Below, piece by piece: positions 7,675 through 18,038 of a DNA stretch of 64,000 nucleotides. Source of the DNA: a virus; IMG/VR virus record IMGVR_UViG_3300017917_000199, positions 20,962 through 84,961 of that record; one strand, given 5' to 3'. Numbering within the stretch: position 1 is the stretch's first letter; each line of letters starts with the position of its first letter. Position numbers and translations under genes: made by a program. The notes under the pieces were generated by a model. That model saw only the letters and a program-made list of their open reading frames with translations. It was not told where the DNA came from and did no database searches.

Positions 7675-9948
7675 TTATTTTTCTTCTAGGTAATCGATAC
7701 TTTCGGCAACCTTTGCAGTATCAATAGTTTGTTTGATTTTGTCCACTTCTTGTTGCAATTGCTCGATTTCCTGATCTTGCTTTTTATCTTCTTCTTGGCT
7801 GTGCATTAATGCACGTTGGGCAAACTTAATAAATGCTTGCTGTTTTGTACTTGCATTGGGATAATGTTGTTTGACATATCTCATCAATCTGTCAGTTTCT
7901 GGGTCTGCTGTTACAAATTCGTCATCATCGCGTTTTGAGATATCTCTATACTTTAATTGTTCGTCACGTTCCATATCACGCTTTGCACGATGTTGCATTA
8001 CCTTAGGAGGGTTTTCTAAGTCTTTAGCTGTCCTAGCAATGATTCTGCTTTTAGCTTCACTCAGTTGCTGGTAGATTTTAACCTTTTGTTCAGGTGTTGC
8101 ATGTTCCAACAATTGCTTGTACTTTTCAATAAACTCTTTCAATTTGTTACCTTTAGCTTTTGGTAAATTAAACTTAGCTAAGTTTTCTTTTGCTGTTCGC
8201 ATCATACTTAAAACTTCTGCATCACTTAATGACGGACTCATAGACTGTCTCCATACAGCAAATTGTTCTTTTTCACTCTTGCTAGGATCCATTAATACTT
8301 GACGCATTGGAGTTGCACGAGGACCTTCATGGTAATCTGGTTTATTAGGATCACTACCAGGAGCTTGTGTATCTTGTCTACTCATTACTTGCATACTGTC
8401 AAGACCAAACTTTTTGTATGGTTCGATGCCACTCTTATCTGGTCTAGTCAAATAACCAAATGCATCTTTTTGGTCAGCACCTACAACTAATGTAACATTG
8501 TCATAACCTTTAGCACCCATATCAGCTAACACATCATTTAGTGTTGGCTTGTCAGGACTAGGCAATCTAAAAATCTTTGCGTACTTAGGAAATTTCTTCT
8601 GATACATTTTTAGTTTTGTCTCAGGAGGAATAGGATCATCTTTACCAAAGCTACGACTTACAACAAAGAAAGGTGTTGCACCTGTTTTTCCTGCTTGATG
8701 TATAACTGCTGAAACTAATGCATCGTGTCCAGTATGTCCCATACCACGACCCCAACCTAATACTGCTGACTGTTGACCTTTCGCTTCGTTCATTACTGAT
8801 TCCTTAGGACTCCATGTTTGTTGGCTGATTGTTTTAACAAACTGTCCTGGTATGTCATACTTGAAAGGCTTACCTGGGTGTGCTTGTGCATAACCTTCAG
8901 GCTTAGTTTGTTTAATGCCACCGTGTGTTGATTGCGATAATGAAGCTATCAATTTTTCTTTGACATTCATAATGCCTTCAACAGCACCCAATGTAGCTTG
9001 CATACCCTTAACATCTGATAATAATGTTTGTGCTTTCTTGTCACTTAGATTAGCTTTAGCCCACTCAGGGAAATCTCTTGTTAATCCTTCAGTGCGTAAA
9101 TGTTTGTTTAGATATGTGTACAATTCACCTGCTGGATTACTTAATCCTGGCTTAGGTGCTAGATAGTTGTCAATTAACTTACTGTTCTTTTTGATAAATG
9201 CTTCTAAGTTAGCAAGTGTTTGTTTGTCGATTTCTTGCGGTTCTTGTACATATGTTGTACCTTGAACGATAACTCCTGGTACACTTAATTTTTCTGCATC
9301 TGGGAATCTTTGTTCATCACTAGAACCTAAACTAGGATAATAGCCCGTAACAGCAACCATCATCTTAGATTTTGGAATCTGTTTACCCAATTCACTATCT
9401 ACTGGGATATGAAATGTAGTAATGTTAGGTTGAAAGTCATATGTATTTGTCTCTTTGTTTAACACAGGCATCGCCGATTGACCATCAGGTTTTGTACCTG
9501 GATAAAACAATAGCCCACCTTCTAAGTAACCTTGCTTAGGACTAATCTTTTCAAAGTAAGGCCATAAACTAGCAAACTGATTAGCAAATTGTTGTCTAGC
9601 TTTAGGATCACCTGAGCCTGTGCCTAACACAAACTTCTTTACATCGTCAGGGCTACGCATTACTGTAGGTGCACCACTTGCTGTTTGAGTCTTGCCACTC
9701 TTTAAGTATGCCCAAGCATTCTTAGGAATCATACTAAAGTTACCTTCTTCATCACGGCCCCAGTATACAACAGGCATGCCGTCCCACTTTAACTCAATTG
9801 TGCCACCTTCTTCACCCATGTGACTTAAACGCTCAATGGCGTGCATGGCACCATGACTACCATTGCTCAACACTAAATCTTCAATGTGTTGATATTTGCG
9901 ACCAACTGTTGGCTTCGCTGCTTCTGATAGTACTTGTGTTACTTTCAT
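7675..9948 (-). CDS. Fusion: ATP-dependent ligase-like (KxDG) domain + HxGH cytidylyltransferase-like domain
   Basis: HIEDL...ELKWDGMP; GWGRGMGHTGH...LVVGADQ...RATPMR; N-terminus MKVTQVLSE. Confidence 0.6.
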   Translation of the reverse strand: MKVTQVLSEAAKPTVGRKYQHIEDLVLSNGSHGAMHAIERLSHMGEEGGTIELKWDGMPVVYWGRDEEGNFSMIPKNAWAYLKSGKTQTASGAPTVMRSPDDVKKFVLGTGSGDPKARQQFANQFASLWPYFEKISPKQGYLEGGLLFYPGTKPDGQSAMPVLNKETNTYDFQPNITTFHIPVDSELGKQIPKSKMMVAVTGYYPSLGSSDEQRFPDAEKLSVPGVIVQGTTYVQEPQEIDKQTLANLEAFIKKNSKLIDNYLAPKPGLSNPAGELYTYLNKHLRTEGLTRDFPEWAKANLSDKKAQTLLSDVKGMQATLGAVEGIMNVKEKLIASLSQSTHGGIKQTKPEGYAQAHPGKPFKYDIPGQFVKTISQQTWSPKESVMNEAKGQQSAVLGWGRGMGHTGHDALVSAVIHQAGKTGATPFFVVSRSFGKDDPIPPETKLKMYQKKFPKYAKIFRLPSPDKPTLNDVLADMGAKGYDNVTLVVGADQKDAFGYLTRPDKSGIEPYKKFGLDSMQVMSRQDTQAPGSDPNKPDYHEGPRATPMRQVLMDPSKSEKEQFAVWRQSMSPSLSDAEVLSMMRTAKENLAKFNLPKAKGNKLKEFIEKYKQLLEHATPEQKVKIYQQLSEAKSRIIARTAKDLENPPKVMQHRAKRDMERDEQLKYRDISKRDDDEFVTADPETDRLMRYVKQHYPNASTKQQAFIKFAQRALMHSQEEDKKQDQEIEQLQQEVDKIKQTIDTAKVAESIDYLEEK

Positions 9949-10664
9949 TTTAAAATATCCAATGTTTTACGGAACCATTCTTGTACAGTAGGTGCTGCAA
10001 AGTATTTTTCTTTGATTGCTTTATATTTCTCTGGGTACTTTTCTAATGCTTTCATCATCTTAGTTGGGTTACCCATGTCATTTGCTGTAGCTGTAGGACC
10101 GATTATAATTTTAGCAATCTTATCTTTGTCGTTAGCAACCAACTCTTTAGTCTCACGGTCTAGTAATCCTTTATAAGGACTCATCATTAGACTTTGATGA
10201 CCAGGCAATGAACTCATGTTTGCCAAGTCAGCCCACATTGCATGTAATGTGCCGCCCTTCATTGTACTATCTGTATAATCGTGTGTATGTAATGGCTGCG
10301 CCGCTCTTGCGTTCTCAACTGCCATTAAATCGACTTGAACAATTTCATCACCTACACCAGTAGGAACACCAACGTGTACGCTAACGCCTGTACGTGCTGC
10401 TGACATACCTTTTTCTTTGAAGTAATCTTCTAATGCTTTACGACTTAGTTTTAATTCTTTTGCGGGAAACGCTTTCATCAATTCTTCTGCATCAATCAAT
10501 GCGTCAATATCAGAACTGATTTCTTTATGACCTGCACTACCGATAGGGTACAAATGCACACCTGGTGGTAATACTTTTTCTAATGTAGCAACTGCTCTAG
10601 GAAAGTTTTCTTTCTTAATAGGAACAGCTCCTGGTATTACATTTCCGCCTTCAAATAAATTCAT
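9945..10664 (-). CDS. Pol-beta superfamily nucleotidyltransferase
   Basis: IGSAGHKEISSDIDALID...VQVDLM (GS, DxD, third Asp). Confidence 0.7.
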   Translation of the reverse strand: MNLFEGGNVIPGAVPIKKENFPRAVATLEKVLPPGVHLYPIGSAGHKEISSDIDALIDAEELMKAFPAKELKLSRKALEDYFKEKGMSAARTGVSVHVGVPTGVGDEIVQVDLMAVENARAAQPLHTHDYTDSTMKGGTLHAMWADLANMSSLPGHQSLMMSPYKGLLDRETKELVANDKDKIAKIIIGPTATANDMGNPTKMMKALEKYPEKYKAIKEKYFAAPTVQEWFRKTLDILK

Positions 10665-10665
10665 A

Positions 10666-11052
10666 TTAGTAACTCAACTTAACAAAATTTACACCACCGC
10701 TGTTTAAATCAACAACTTTTGCTCTTAAAAATACAAAGTTGCCTTCAATGTTTGTATATACGCTTGCATTGCTTGCAATCTTTGGTGCTGTGTTTGCAGG
10801 AGCATTTGCGTTTGCTTCTAGCTCATAAACTTTGAACCAGTCAGTACTAGAAGGTGTTGTAGCTAAACTTGCCTCAATGACAATATTACCAGTCAACTCA
10901 GTGGCTTTGATATTGACAGTTTGTAAATCTTTATTACCTAAATAATATGCAGCAGCCGGTTGGCTAGTACCAGTGACTGTATAGGGTGCACCGTTACCTG
11001 GATTTATATATGTTGTTTGAGGCAACAATATTAGTGTTGTGGTTTGGCTCAT
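10666..11052 (-). CDS. Hypothetical beta-rich (virion?) protein
   Basis: Thr/Asn-rich ORF, translationally coupled within the operon. Confidence 0.5.
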   Translation of the reverse strand: MSQTTTLILLPQTTYINPGNGAPYTVTGTSQPAAAYYLGNKDLQTVNIKATELTGNIVIEASLATTPSSTDWFKVYELEANANAPANTAPKIASNASVYTNIEGNFVFLRAKVVDLNSGGVNFVKLSY

Positions 11053-11216
11053 GCTGATACGACCTCAACCACAACACCCTCACCCACTAATTCTTGGGCG
11101 ACTTGTTCTAATGCTGTTTTTACATCGTTATTAACAAGACCACCATTATCAGTGTCTGAATCTTTAACGATTTTGCTGAATTTAACGACTAAAACGTCTT
11201 CTACAATCTTTGCCAT
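11049..11216 (-). CDS. Small hypothetical protein (55 aa, MAKIVEDVLVVKFSK...)
   Basis: Manual translation; ATGA overlap with the next gene; late promoter at 11241-11247. Confidence 0.65.
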   Translation of the reverse strand: MAKIVEDVLVVKFSKIVKDSDTDNGGLVNNDVKTALEQVAQELVGEGVVVEVVSA

Positions 11217-11250
11217 GGTAAATACCCTATAGTAATAGAGTATTTATCAC
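11214..11250 (-). promoter_or_regulatory. Hairpin with late promoter in the 5' arm and RBS/ATG in the 3' arm
   Basis: TAAATACTCTAT-TACT-ATAGGGTATTTA-ccATG. Confidence 0.6.
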
Positions 11251-11252
11251 TT

Positions 11253-11984
11253 TTAGATATTATCTGGACGCTTTTCTAGCTTGTACTTTTTACCGAGAAT
11301 GTCACCATGCATTAGTGCTAAGTAGCTTAGTGTAGATTCGTCATCATAATCAATGAAATGTGCCGAACTTGTCCATCTAAAATGCCAGATTCCCCATCGT
11401 TTAGGGTCACGGTTCATCCAACGCTTTAATGCATTACTGGGATGCAGTGTCTTTTGACGGTTAATTGTTTCTTTAAATTCATCTAAAAACCCGTCTTCAA
11501 CACGCTTAGATTTCAAATATATTCGATATTTGTGTTTAGGTTCTTCAACAAAGTGTTTGACCCCAGCATATTGACTAGTTTGAACCTGTGTATAGTCTGG
11601 ATTATACATAGGACCAAGCTCTTGTGCAATTGCTTGTAATTTTGATAAATCGTTACAAAAAATAGCAACAGTATCACCCTCAATACGCATAGACATATCT
11701 TTAGTTTTCTTACGGGTATTCTGTAAGTTAAGCAAAGTTTTTAATGCATTTTGATTTTGAATTACATCAGGTAAGTCAGCTTTTTTGATAGAGCCGAATC
11801 TGTTACTTTTGCCTGCAATCTTATTGTCAAATTCGGCAGCCGTCTTACACCACCAAATGTATCTCGCACAAGGGATGTTTACCCTCATGCGATACTCGTA
11901 ATTGTTATAGTATGTATTGTCCCGATACTCATAATAATTGATACCGGGAACATTATCAACTGACTTCAATAATCCCATCTTCAT
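11253..11984 (-). CDS. Hypothetical protein
   Basis: 243-aa ORF overlapping the clpA 3' end. Confidence 0.55.
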   Translation of the reverse strand: MKMGLLKSVDNVPGINYYEYRDNTYYNNYEYRMRVNIPCARYIWWCKTAAEFDNKIAGKSNRFGSIKKADLPDVIQNQNALKTLLNLQNTRKKTKDMSMRIEGDTVAIFCNDLSKLQAIAQELGPMYNPDYTQVQTSQYAGVKHFVEEPKHKYRIYLKSKRVEDGFLDEFKETINRQKTLHPSNALKRWMNRDPKRWGIWHFRWTSSAHFIDYDDESTLSYLALMHGDILGKKYKLEKRPDNI

Positions 11985-14226
11985 TCACCCTTGCGTTAGT
12001 AGCTTGAACAGAATTGAACTCAATTCCATCACCGTTCATTACACATGTAATATTAGCATTTTTGATACGCTCAAACAAGATTTTTTTAGATAGAGGCACC
12101 CTAATCAATTCGTCAATCTTACGTGCTAGAGGACGTGCGCCCATTTTCTTGTCATAACCTTTGTCTGCCAAATATTCAATGACAGGCTCGGTTAGGTTCA
12201 ATGTGATGTTGTGCTTATCCAACAGTGTTTTCTTGAGGTCTTCAGTGAATTTAACAACAATCTTCTTAATCGCAAGCATGTCAAGTTTACCGAACTTGCA
12301 AACAAGATCCAAACGATTACGGAATTCAGGCTTGAAGAATTCTTTCAGTGCTTTGTCATCTTCACCTGTACGCTCTTGTGTACCGAAACCAATGTTATTA
12401 CGTTCGTTGTCACTAGAACCCAAGTTACTGGTCATAATGATGATAGTGTTCTTACAGTTCACTTCTTTACCATTACTACCTGTGATTCGACCTTCATCAA
12501 GGATCTGCAGGAAGATGTTGAAAATATCAGGATGAGCCTTTTCAACTTCGTCAAACAACATGATTGAGTGTGGATTCTTACTCAAGTCGCTGATTAGTCT
12601 ACCACCACCAACTTGACTGTCACCGAATCCAACATAACCAGGGGGAGGACCGATCAAGCTAGATACACTGTGCTTCTCTGAATATTCACTCATATCATAC
12701 TTGAGCAATGGCATGTCAAGGTTCTTACTCAACAACTTAGCCAATTCTGTTTTACCTGTACCTGTTGGACCTAAGAACAAGAAACTAGCCATTGGCTTTG
12801 TTTCATTGTTAATGCCAGCAAAACTTACATAGACACGTTCAAGTACTTTGTTGACAGTTTCGTCCTGACCATATAGTTTGCCCTTAACGTTAACTTCAAG
12901 AGTATTAATACGGTCAAAGTTGTCACCTGAAAGTTTATCAGCAGGCACACCTGTGAATTTTTCTACTTGTTCGTAAATCAATTCTTTAGTAATTACTGCA
13001 CCTTCATTGTTTGCAACACGTTGTTTAGCACAAGCCGCATCAAGCAAATCAATGCTCTTATCAGGATTCTTACGGTCGTGAATGTAACGACCAGCTAATT
13101 CAACTGCTGTACTAATTGCGTCTTGTTCGATTTCAACATGATGGAACTCAGCCAAACGTGTAGACAATCCAGAAAGAATGCGTACAGTAGATTCTTGGCT
13201 AGGTTCATCAACACCAACACGATAGAATCGACGCATCAATGCACGATCCTTTTCGAAAGATTCGTAGAATTCTTCCCATGTAGTGCTTGCGATAACTTTC
13301 AGTGTTCCCTTAGTAATTGCAGGCTTAATCATATTGGCAAAGTCAACTGATCCGTTGTTAGAACCACCTGCACCCTGCATAGTATGTGCTTCATCAATGA
13401 ACAGAATAGCTTTCTTCTTACTGTTCAATGCGTCAATAACCAGTTTGACTTTTTCTTCAAAGTCACCGCGATACTTACTACCAGCAAGCAACGCACCAAC
13501 TTCAAGGCTGTAAAGTTCATGGTCTTTTAAGAATTCAGGAATATCATTCTCGTGGATTTTTAGTGCAAGACCTTCAGCAATAGCTGTTTTACCTACACCA
13601 GGATCACCTACCATCAATACGTTACTCTTAAATTTCTTAGCAAGAACATTAACGATATCGTCAATTTCTTTTGTGCGACCAATCAGTGGTTCAATCTTAC
13701 CAGCTGCTGCCAATTGAGTTAGATTAACAGTGTATTCTTCCAGAATTTCATTGGCTTGGTCATCTGTAAGTTTGTTAGTTGTTTCACTGTTCTTATAATG
13801 TTTCTGCCAGTGTGCAACAAACTCATTCTTGTTGACACCGTATTTTAGCAAGTAGTAATGGGCATGACTGTTACCTTCACTTGCGATAGAAAGATACAAG
13901 TCAACAGTTGTAACTTGACGGCGGCCAGTAAACAAAACTTGTGTCACACTACGATTCATTACTCGTTCAAGTGAGTTTGTTCGTTTGGGTTGGACTTCTT
14001 CCTGTACATCCTTCACAACGATTGCGTGTAGGCTATCCAAATAAGCAACAACATCTTGTGTCATTGCATCAACTTCAACGCCAAAACTATCTAAACACTT
14101 TTTAAATGGCTGATGCGTAATCAGTGCCAATAGCAAGTGTTCAATTGTGCAATATTGGTGGTTACGTTCTTTAGCATACTCAATGGCATGCTCGATGATG
14201 CTTTCAATTTCGGGACTGTTTTGCAC
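11956..14226 (-). CDS. clpA: ClpA-like AAA+ chaperone/protease ATPase
   Basis: Clp N-domain, two Walker A motifs (GDPGVGKT, GPTGTGKT), IGF loop, no ClpB middle domain. Probable GTG start at 14226 after AAGGA. Confidence 0.9.
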   Translation of the reverse strand: MQNSPEIESIIEHAIEYAKERNHQYCTIEHLLLALITHQPFKKCLDSFGVEVDAMTQDVVAYLDSLHAIVVKDVQEEVQPKRTNSLERVMNRSVTQVLFTGRRQVTTVDLYLSIASEGNSHAHYYLLKYGVNKNEFVAHWQKHYKNSETTNKLTDDQANEILEEYTVNLTQLAAAGKIEPLIGRTKEIDDIVNVLAKKFKSNVLMVGDPGVGKTAIAEGLALKIHENDIPEFLKDHELYSLEVGALLAGSKYRGDFEEKVKLVIDALNSKKKAILFIDEAHTMQGAGGSNNGSVDFANMIKPAITKGTLKVIASTTWEEFYESFEKDRALMRRFYRVGVDEPSQESTVRILSGLSTRLAEFHHVEIEQDAISTAVELAGRYIHDRKNPDKSIDLLDAACAKQRVANNEGAVITKELIYEQVEKFTGVPADKLSGDNFDRINTLEVNVKGKLYGQDETVNKVLERVYVSFAGINNETKPMASFLFLGPTGTGKTELAKLLSKNLDMPLLKYDMSEYSEKHSVSSLIGPPPGYVGFGDSQVGGGRLISDLSKNPHSIMLFDEVEKAHPDIFNIFLQILDEGRITGSNGKEVNCKNTIIIMTSNLGSSDNERNNIGFGTQERTGEDDKALKEFFKPEFRNRLDLVCKFGKLDMLAIKKIVVKFTEDLKKTLLDKHNITLNLTEPVIEYLADKGYDKKMGARPLARKIDELIRVPLSKKILFERIKNANITCVMNGDGIEFNSVQATNARVNEDGIIEVS

Positions 14227-14242
14227 TATAGTTTCCTTTAAG

Positions 14243-15070
14243 TTATTTGTTTTTGGCTTGAAGAATGCTATTTTTAATAGCAGAGTCAATTTTATCAGGG
14301 ACGAATGGTTTAATCAAGATGATTTGGTCTCCAAACAAGTTTGTATTTGGAATGGGCATTCCTTGACCTGCAATCTTCAACTGCATATGCGGCTGCGTAT
14401 TTTCTGGTACCGTGACTGTGAAAGTTTTTCCCGAAATCGTTGTGAATTCAAACTCTCCGCCCGCAATTAAATCTAATACAGAAACTCGTTGGTTACAGTA
14501 AAGGTCGTTCCCATTTCTTTCGAACTTTAAATGTGGTCTGATTTTAAATTCTACAAGCAAACTTGCACCATCAATCATATTATCAAAACGTACTTGTCCA
14601 CCGTCTGGGATTCCTTTGGGCACCTTAATTGTTATTACATGATTTCCTTTTGGTGTTTGTAACTGCAATGTTTGTTCTGCACCATTGTAGACTTGTTCCA
14701 AATCAACTACCACTACCGTCCTAAACATTTGCGGTTGTTGTTGTCGTTGTTGGTGATGCCCAAACATTTGACTAAAGAGGTCGTTCATGTCAAATCCATT
14801 GACATTAAAACTGAACCCTCCGGGCCCAAAACCAGCCCCACCAAATGGCCCGGGTCCTGGACCAAAGCCCCCTGGTCTGTTAAAAGGGTTCTCGTACTCT
14901 TGTCTTTTTTGTGGATCTGAAAGAATGCGGTACGCTTCTTCGATTTTTTGGAATGTAGCAGTATCACCACCTCGATCTGGGTGGTGTTGTCCTGCTAATT
15001 TGCGATATGCTTTTTTGATTTCGTCTGGGGTAGCGTTTCTGTCTACCCCTAAGGTTTTAAAATGGTCCAT
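14243..15070 (-). CDS. dnaJ: DnaJ class B (CbpA-like) co-chaperone
   Basis: J domain with HPD, G/F-rich linker, C-terminal domain, no Zn fingers. Confidence 0.9.
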   Translation of the reverse strand: MDHFKTLGVDRNATPDEIKKAYRKLAGQHHPDRGGDTATFQKIEEAYRILSDPQKRQEYENPFNRPGGFGPGPGPFGGAGFGPGGFSFNVNGFDMNDLFSQMFGHHQQRQQQPQMFRTVVVVDLEQVYNGAEQTLQLQTPKGNHVITIKVPKGIPDGGQVRFDNMIDGASLLVEFKIRPHLKFERNGNDLYCNQRVSVLDLIAGGEFEFTTISGKTFTVTVPENTQPHMQLKIAGQGMPIPNTNLFGDQIILIKPFVPDKIDSAIKNSILQAKNK

Positions 15071-15076
15071 ATATTG

Positions 15077-15105
15077 ATTTTAACAGAGTAACTGTTAGTT
15101 GTCAA
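15077..15105 (-). promoter_or_regulatory. Sigma70 promoter, leaderless geometry
   Basis: TTGACA-17-TAAAAT-6 nt-ATG (dnaJ). Confidence 0.8.
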
Positions 15106-15108
15106 TAT

Positions 15109-15642
15109 TTATTTGGCAGCACCTTCAATTTTTTCTTTTGTGCGGCCATATGCAGCAATACCTAGAACTGCACCCATTGCTACGTGATACAAACCTGCAC
15201 CTTGCAGTGTCAAGGGTTGCCATTGACTAGTCACATTACCTTTACTTAATGCTTGTAATATTGACCATAAAATAGGGAACAACACAAAGTCTGCTGTACA
15301 TGTTGCCATATACACCCAGCCCATTACAGGGCGCCACTTTTTATTGATCCAATCTGTATTGTCATTTGCAACTAACACATCTGCACCTTGGGCAGCATTA
15401 GAACCTGCTTGTGTTAAGTTAGGCTGAGGTTGTGGTTGTTGCTGTAGACCGCTGTAGTTATTTACAGCAGCGGTTCCAAAATTGTTTGGTGAACCATATG
15501 CTGACATTGATGGACTTCCAAACTTACTACCTTGCGGAAATTGTTGTATAGTTGGATCAGCAGCCAATTGTTCGTGGTGCTCATCGTCTAGTGCCATGGG
15601 CTGTTCAAATCCAGCCTTCTTAGGTAAAATAGTCTGTGCCAT
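15109..15642 (-). CDS. Putative holin (GTA-type 3TM holin-like)
   Basis: KWRPVMGWVY...GAVLGIAAYGRTKEK; hydrophobic segments. Confidence 0.6.
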   Translation of the reverse strand: MAQTILPKKAGFEQPMALDDEHHEQLAADPTIQQFPQGSKFGSPSMSAYGSPNNFGTAAVNNYSGLQQQPQPQPNLTQAGSNAAQGADVLVANDNTDWINKKWRPVMGWVYMATCTADFVLFPILWSILQALSKGNVTSQWQPLTLQGAGLYHVAMGAVLGIAAYGRTKEKIEGAAK

Positions 15643-15644
15643 TT

Positions 15645-16193
15645 TTATAGTCCTGCTATTGTTTTAAAATCACGAATTTCTTTGTCTTGGCTATCAAAAA
15701 TATCTTTAGTTTCTAATCCAGCAATTTCACGCATTTCGTTTATTTCTTGTTCTTTTTCAACCTTCATACGATATTCGTGCGGGCTTAAAACGATTGCTGA
15801 TTTTAGAAGACTTACATCTGGCTTGTATTCTTTATCATCCACAACAACTGTCCATTCATTTAATTTAAGTGCGGTTAATGTTTTTAAATCACTTAGTAAT
15901 TCTACGATTCTTTCTGGAACTTTCGTTCTACGATCCATTTCTACAAAAACCAAATACTTACCCGGAGAAACTTCCCCTTCGCTTACTTGTGCATCTAACA
16001 CAAAATCATATCCGCGTTCAAACCAATCAGCTAAATCACTACCTGCTAATTCACCGGAGACAGTAAATGCTAATGTAACTATCTCACTATCTTCACCCAT
16101 TTTAGCTGAGTATTCATCAACCGTAACTTCGGGAACGATTTGTCCTTCAAAATCGTGATAGTCTAACCCTTCAAATAACTTACTATTGCTCAT
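15645..16193 (-). CDS. Hypothetical phage protein
   Basis: 182-aa ORF in a late operon. Confidence 0.55.
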   Translation of the reverse strand: MSNSKLFEGLDYHDFEGQIVPEVTVDEYSAKMGEDSEIVTLAFTVSGELAGSDLADWFERGYDFVLDAQVSEGEVSPGKYLVFVEMDRRTKVPERIVELLSDLKTLTALKLNEWTVVVDDKEYKPDVSLLKSAIVLSPHEYRMKVEKEQEINEMREIAGLETKDIFDSQDKEIRDFKTIAGL

Positions 16194-16198
16194 AATCT

Positions 16199-16789
16199 TT
16201 ACATTGTTGGTGTAGTTGTTCCAGGCTGTTCAGCAGCTTGACCTGTCTGTTCTTCGTCACCTTCTGTTTCGCCTTCGTCTAAATCTTCTTCATAGCTATC
16301 ATCTAAATCTTGCAAGTCGATTGTTTGATCCGCTAAGTCAATAGATCCTTGACGTATTTCGTTCATTAGTTCTTTTGGCATTTCAATAAGAACTAACCAA
16401 ATTTCTTTTTCTTTACTCTTGGGATATCTTGTACCAGGAATGTAATCTTCGTAATTTTCAACTGCAATAGGTACTTTGATTTTTGTCTTTTTAAACTTCA
16501 ATTTGCAGCCGATTGAAACTAAACGTTTTGCTCCTGCTGGATCGGGCATGAGTTTGTAAGGATACATGAATATGCAACTAACACTGTATCTACGAACTGT
16601 AGGACCTTGAACAAGTTCACCTAGTTCCCAGTTTTTAAATGCATATAGGTCGGCTTCGTCTAATACACGTTCAAAGTCTAAAAGTGTAGACATAGAACCG
16701 TCGCTAGTGAAGATTCCCTTGACGGTATCAACAATGCTTACAAAGTCAACATCATTGAAAAATTTATCGGCTGTTTTGTCATCTATCAT
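16199..16789 (-). CDS. Hypothetical phage protein, acidic C-terminus
   Basis: 196-aa ORF; ATAAATA at 16797-16803. Confidence 0.55.
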   Translation of the reverse strand: MIDDKTADKFFNDVDFVSIVDTVKGIFTSDGSMSTLLDFERVLDEADLYAFKNWELGELVQGPTVRRYSVSCIFMYPYKLMPDPAGAKRLVSIGCKLKFKKTKIKVPIAVENYEDYIPGTRYPKSKEKEIWLVLIEMPKELMNEIRQGSIDLADQTIDLQDLDDSYEEDLDEGETEGDEEQTGQAAEQPGTTTPTM

Positions 16790-16963
16790 AGTTAAGTATT
16801 TATCACAAAACTATTTTATATACTGATTATATTCCTGATGAACAATACAGCCTAATATTTATGCAGGAAAATTGCGAAAAAACACTGCTATATTGCGAGG
16901 TTTTATATCTCTTAAATATCTTTGAGTGGTATGAGCACTCATGCTCTTAAAGGAGAAGTTAAC

Positions 16964-17755
16964 TTGAGCAAACGAAAAACCAGCGCATTACGCAAACAAC
17001 AACAGGACACACGCTTTACACAGAATAGAAAATTTACGGACGAACAGACATTTTACATGAATGAATCTAAAACTATTGACTTTTCACAGGCTCAACGAGC
17101 TATGAAAGTTGATAAACGTCCTATTCACTTAATCCCCAAAACAATAAACCAATCAAAATACATTGAGGCACTACTTGACGATGATACAGACATTGTTGTA
17201 GTTTCAGGCCCTGCGGGTACAGGTAAAACATATCTGGCTATGCAGGCTGCTATCAAAGCTATGAAAGCAGGTGAGTGCGATAGAATTATTCTATCACGCC
17301 CTGCAATTGGTGTTGAAGATGAAGAACATGGGTTCTTACCAGGTGATATTAATCAAAAGATGGAACCGTGGACAAGACCTTTGTTAGATGTGCTACGTGA
17401 ATATTACACAGCAAGAGAAATAACCCACATGCTAGAAGAACAAATAGTAGAAATAGCGCCCCTAGCATTCTGTAGAGGTCGAAATTTCAAGCATAGCTGG
17501 ATAATATTAGACGAGGCTCAAAATGCAACCCCGGGTCAACTTAAAATGATTATGACCAGAATCGGCAGCGGCAGTAAGATTGTAATTACTGGCGACATTG
17601 AACAAGCCGATCGTAAAACAGCCGACAACGGGCTACTAGATTTACAAAATAGGTTGAGAAAGGGGGTGATTCCAGGGTTGCAGTTATGCTCATTCGACAT
17701 TAAAGATGTCCAACGACATAAAATTATCGAGCACGTACTTAGCTTGTACGCATAA
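16964..17755 (+). CDS. phoH: PhoH-like ATPase
   Basis: GPAGTGKT, RP, GFLPGD, RGR, DEAQN, GDIEQAD. Probable TTG start after AGGAG. Confidence 0.92.
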   Translation: MSKRKTSALRKQQQDTRFTQNRKFTDEQTFYMNESKTIDFSQAQRAMKVDKRPIHLIPKTINQSKYIEALLDDDTDIVVVSGPAGTGKTYLAMQAAIKAMKAGECDRIILSRPAIGVEDEEHGFLPGDINQKMEPWTRPLLDVLREYYTAREITHMLEEQIVEIAPLAFCRGRNFKHSWIILDEAQNATPGQLKMIMTRIGSGSKIVITGDIEQADRKTADNGLLDLQNRLRKGVIPGLQLCSFDIKDVQRHKIIEHVLSLYA

Positions 17756-17779
17756 AAAAGGGGCTTTACGCCCCTTTTT
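17754..17779. terminator. Bidirectional terminator between convergent genes
   Basis: AAAAAAGGGGC-TTTAC-GCCCCTTTTT. Confidence 0.8.
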
Positions 17780-18038
17780 GACCAGCTGTAATAACAGCTT
17801 CTTTTTCTAGTTGTCCTATTAGATTAGGATAGATTTGTTTATAATATGTATCCATCTTCTCCCAATCAGTTTCAACCGTCTTACCCTCAATTACACACTT
17901 TTGTACCTGCTTGGTGGCATAATCCAGGATTACGTTGCAAGTTTGTAAGTCTGCCGGTTTTATCTTCTTCGACACTGCAACCTGTTCGTCAATTTGTCCC
18001 CCAGGTTTTCTCAAATAAGTAATCAATAAATATCTCAA
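17766..18038 (-). CDS. Hypothetical protein
   Basis: 90-aa ORF coupled to the clamp loader gene. Confidence 0.55.
   Translation of the reverse strand: MRYLLITYLRKPGGQIDEQVAVSKKIKPADLQTCNVILDYATKQVQKCVIEGKTVETDWEKMDTYYKQIYPNLIGQLEKEAVITAGQKGA

Noticed and set aside
11956-14289. ClpB call and the longer N-terminus given in the ORF track
   Set aside because: No coiled-coil middle domain and an IGF loop is present, so it is ClpA-like. The SD supports GTG at 14226.
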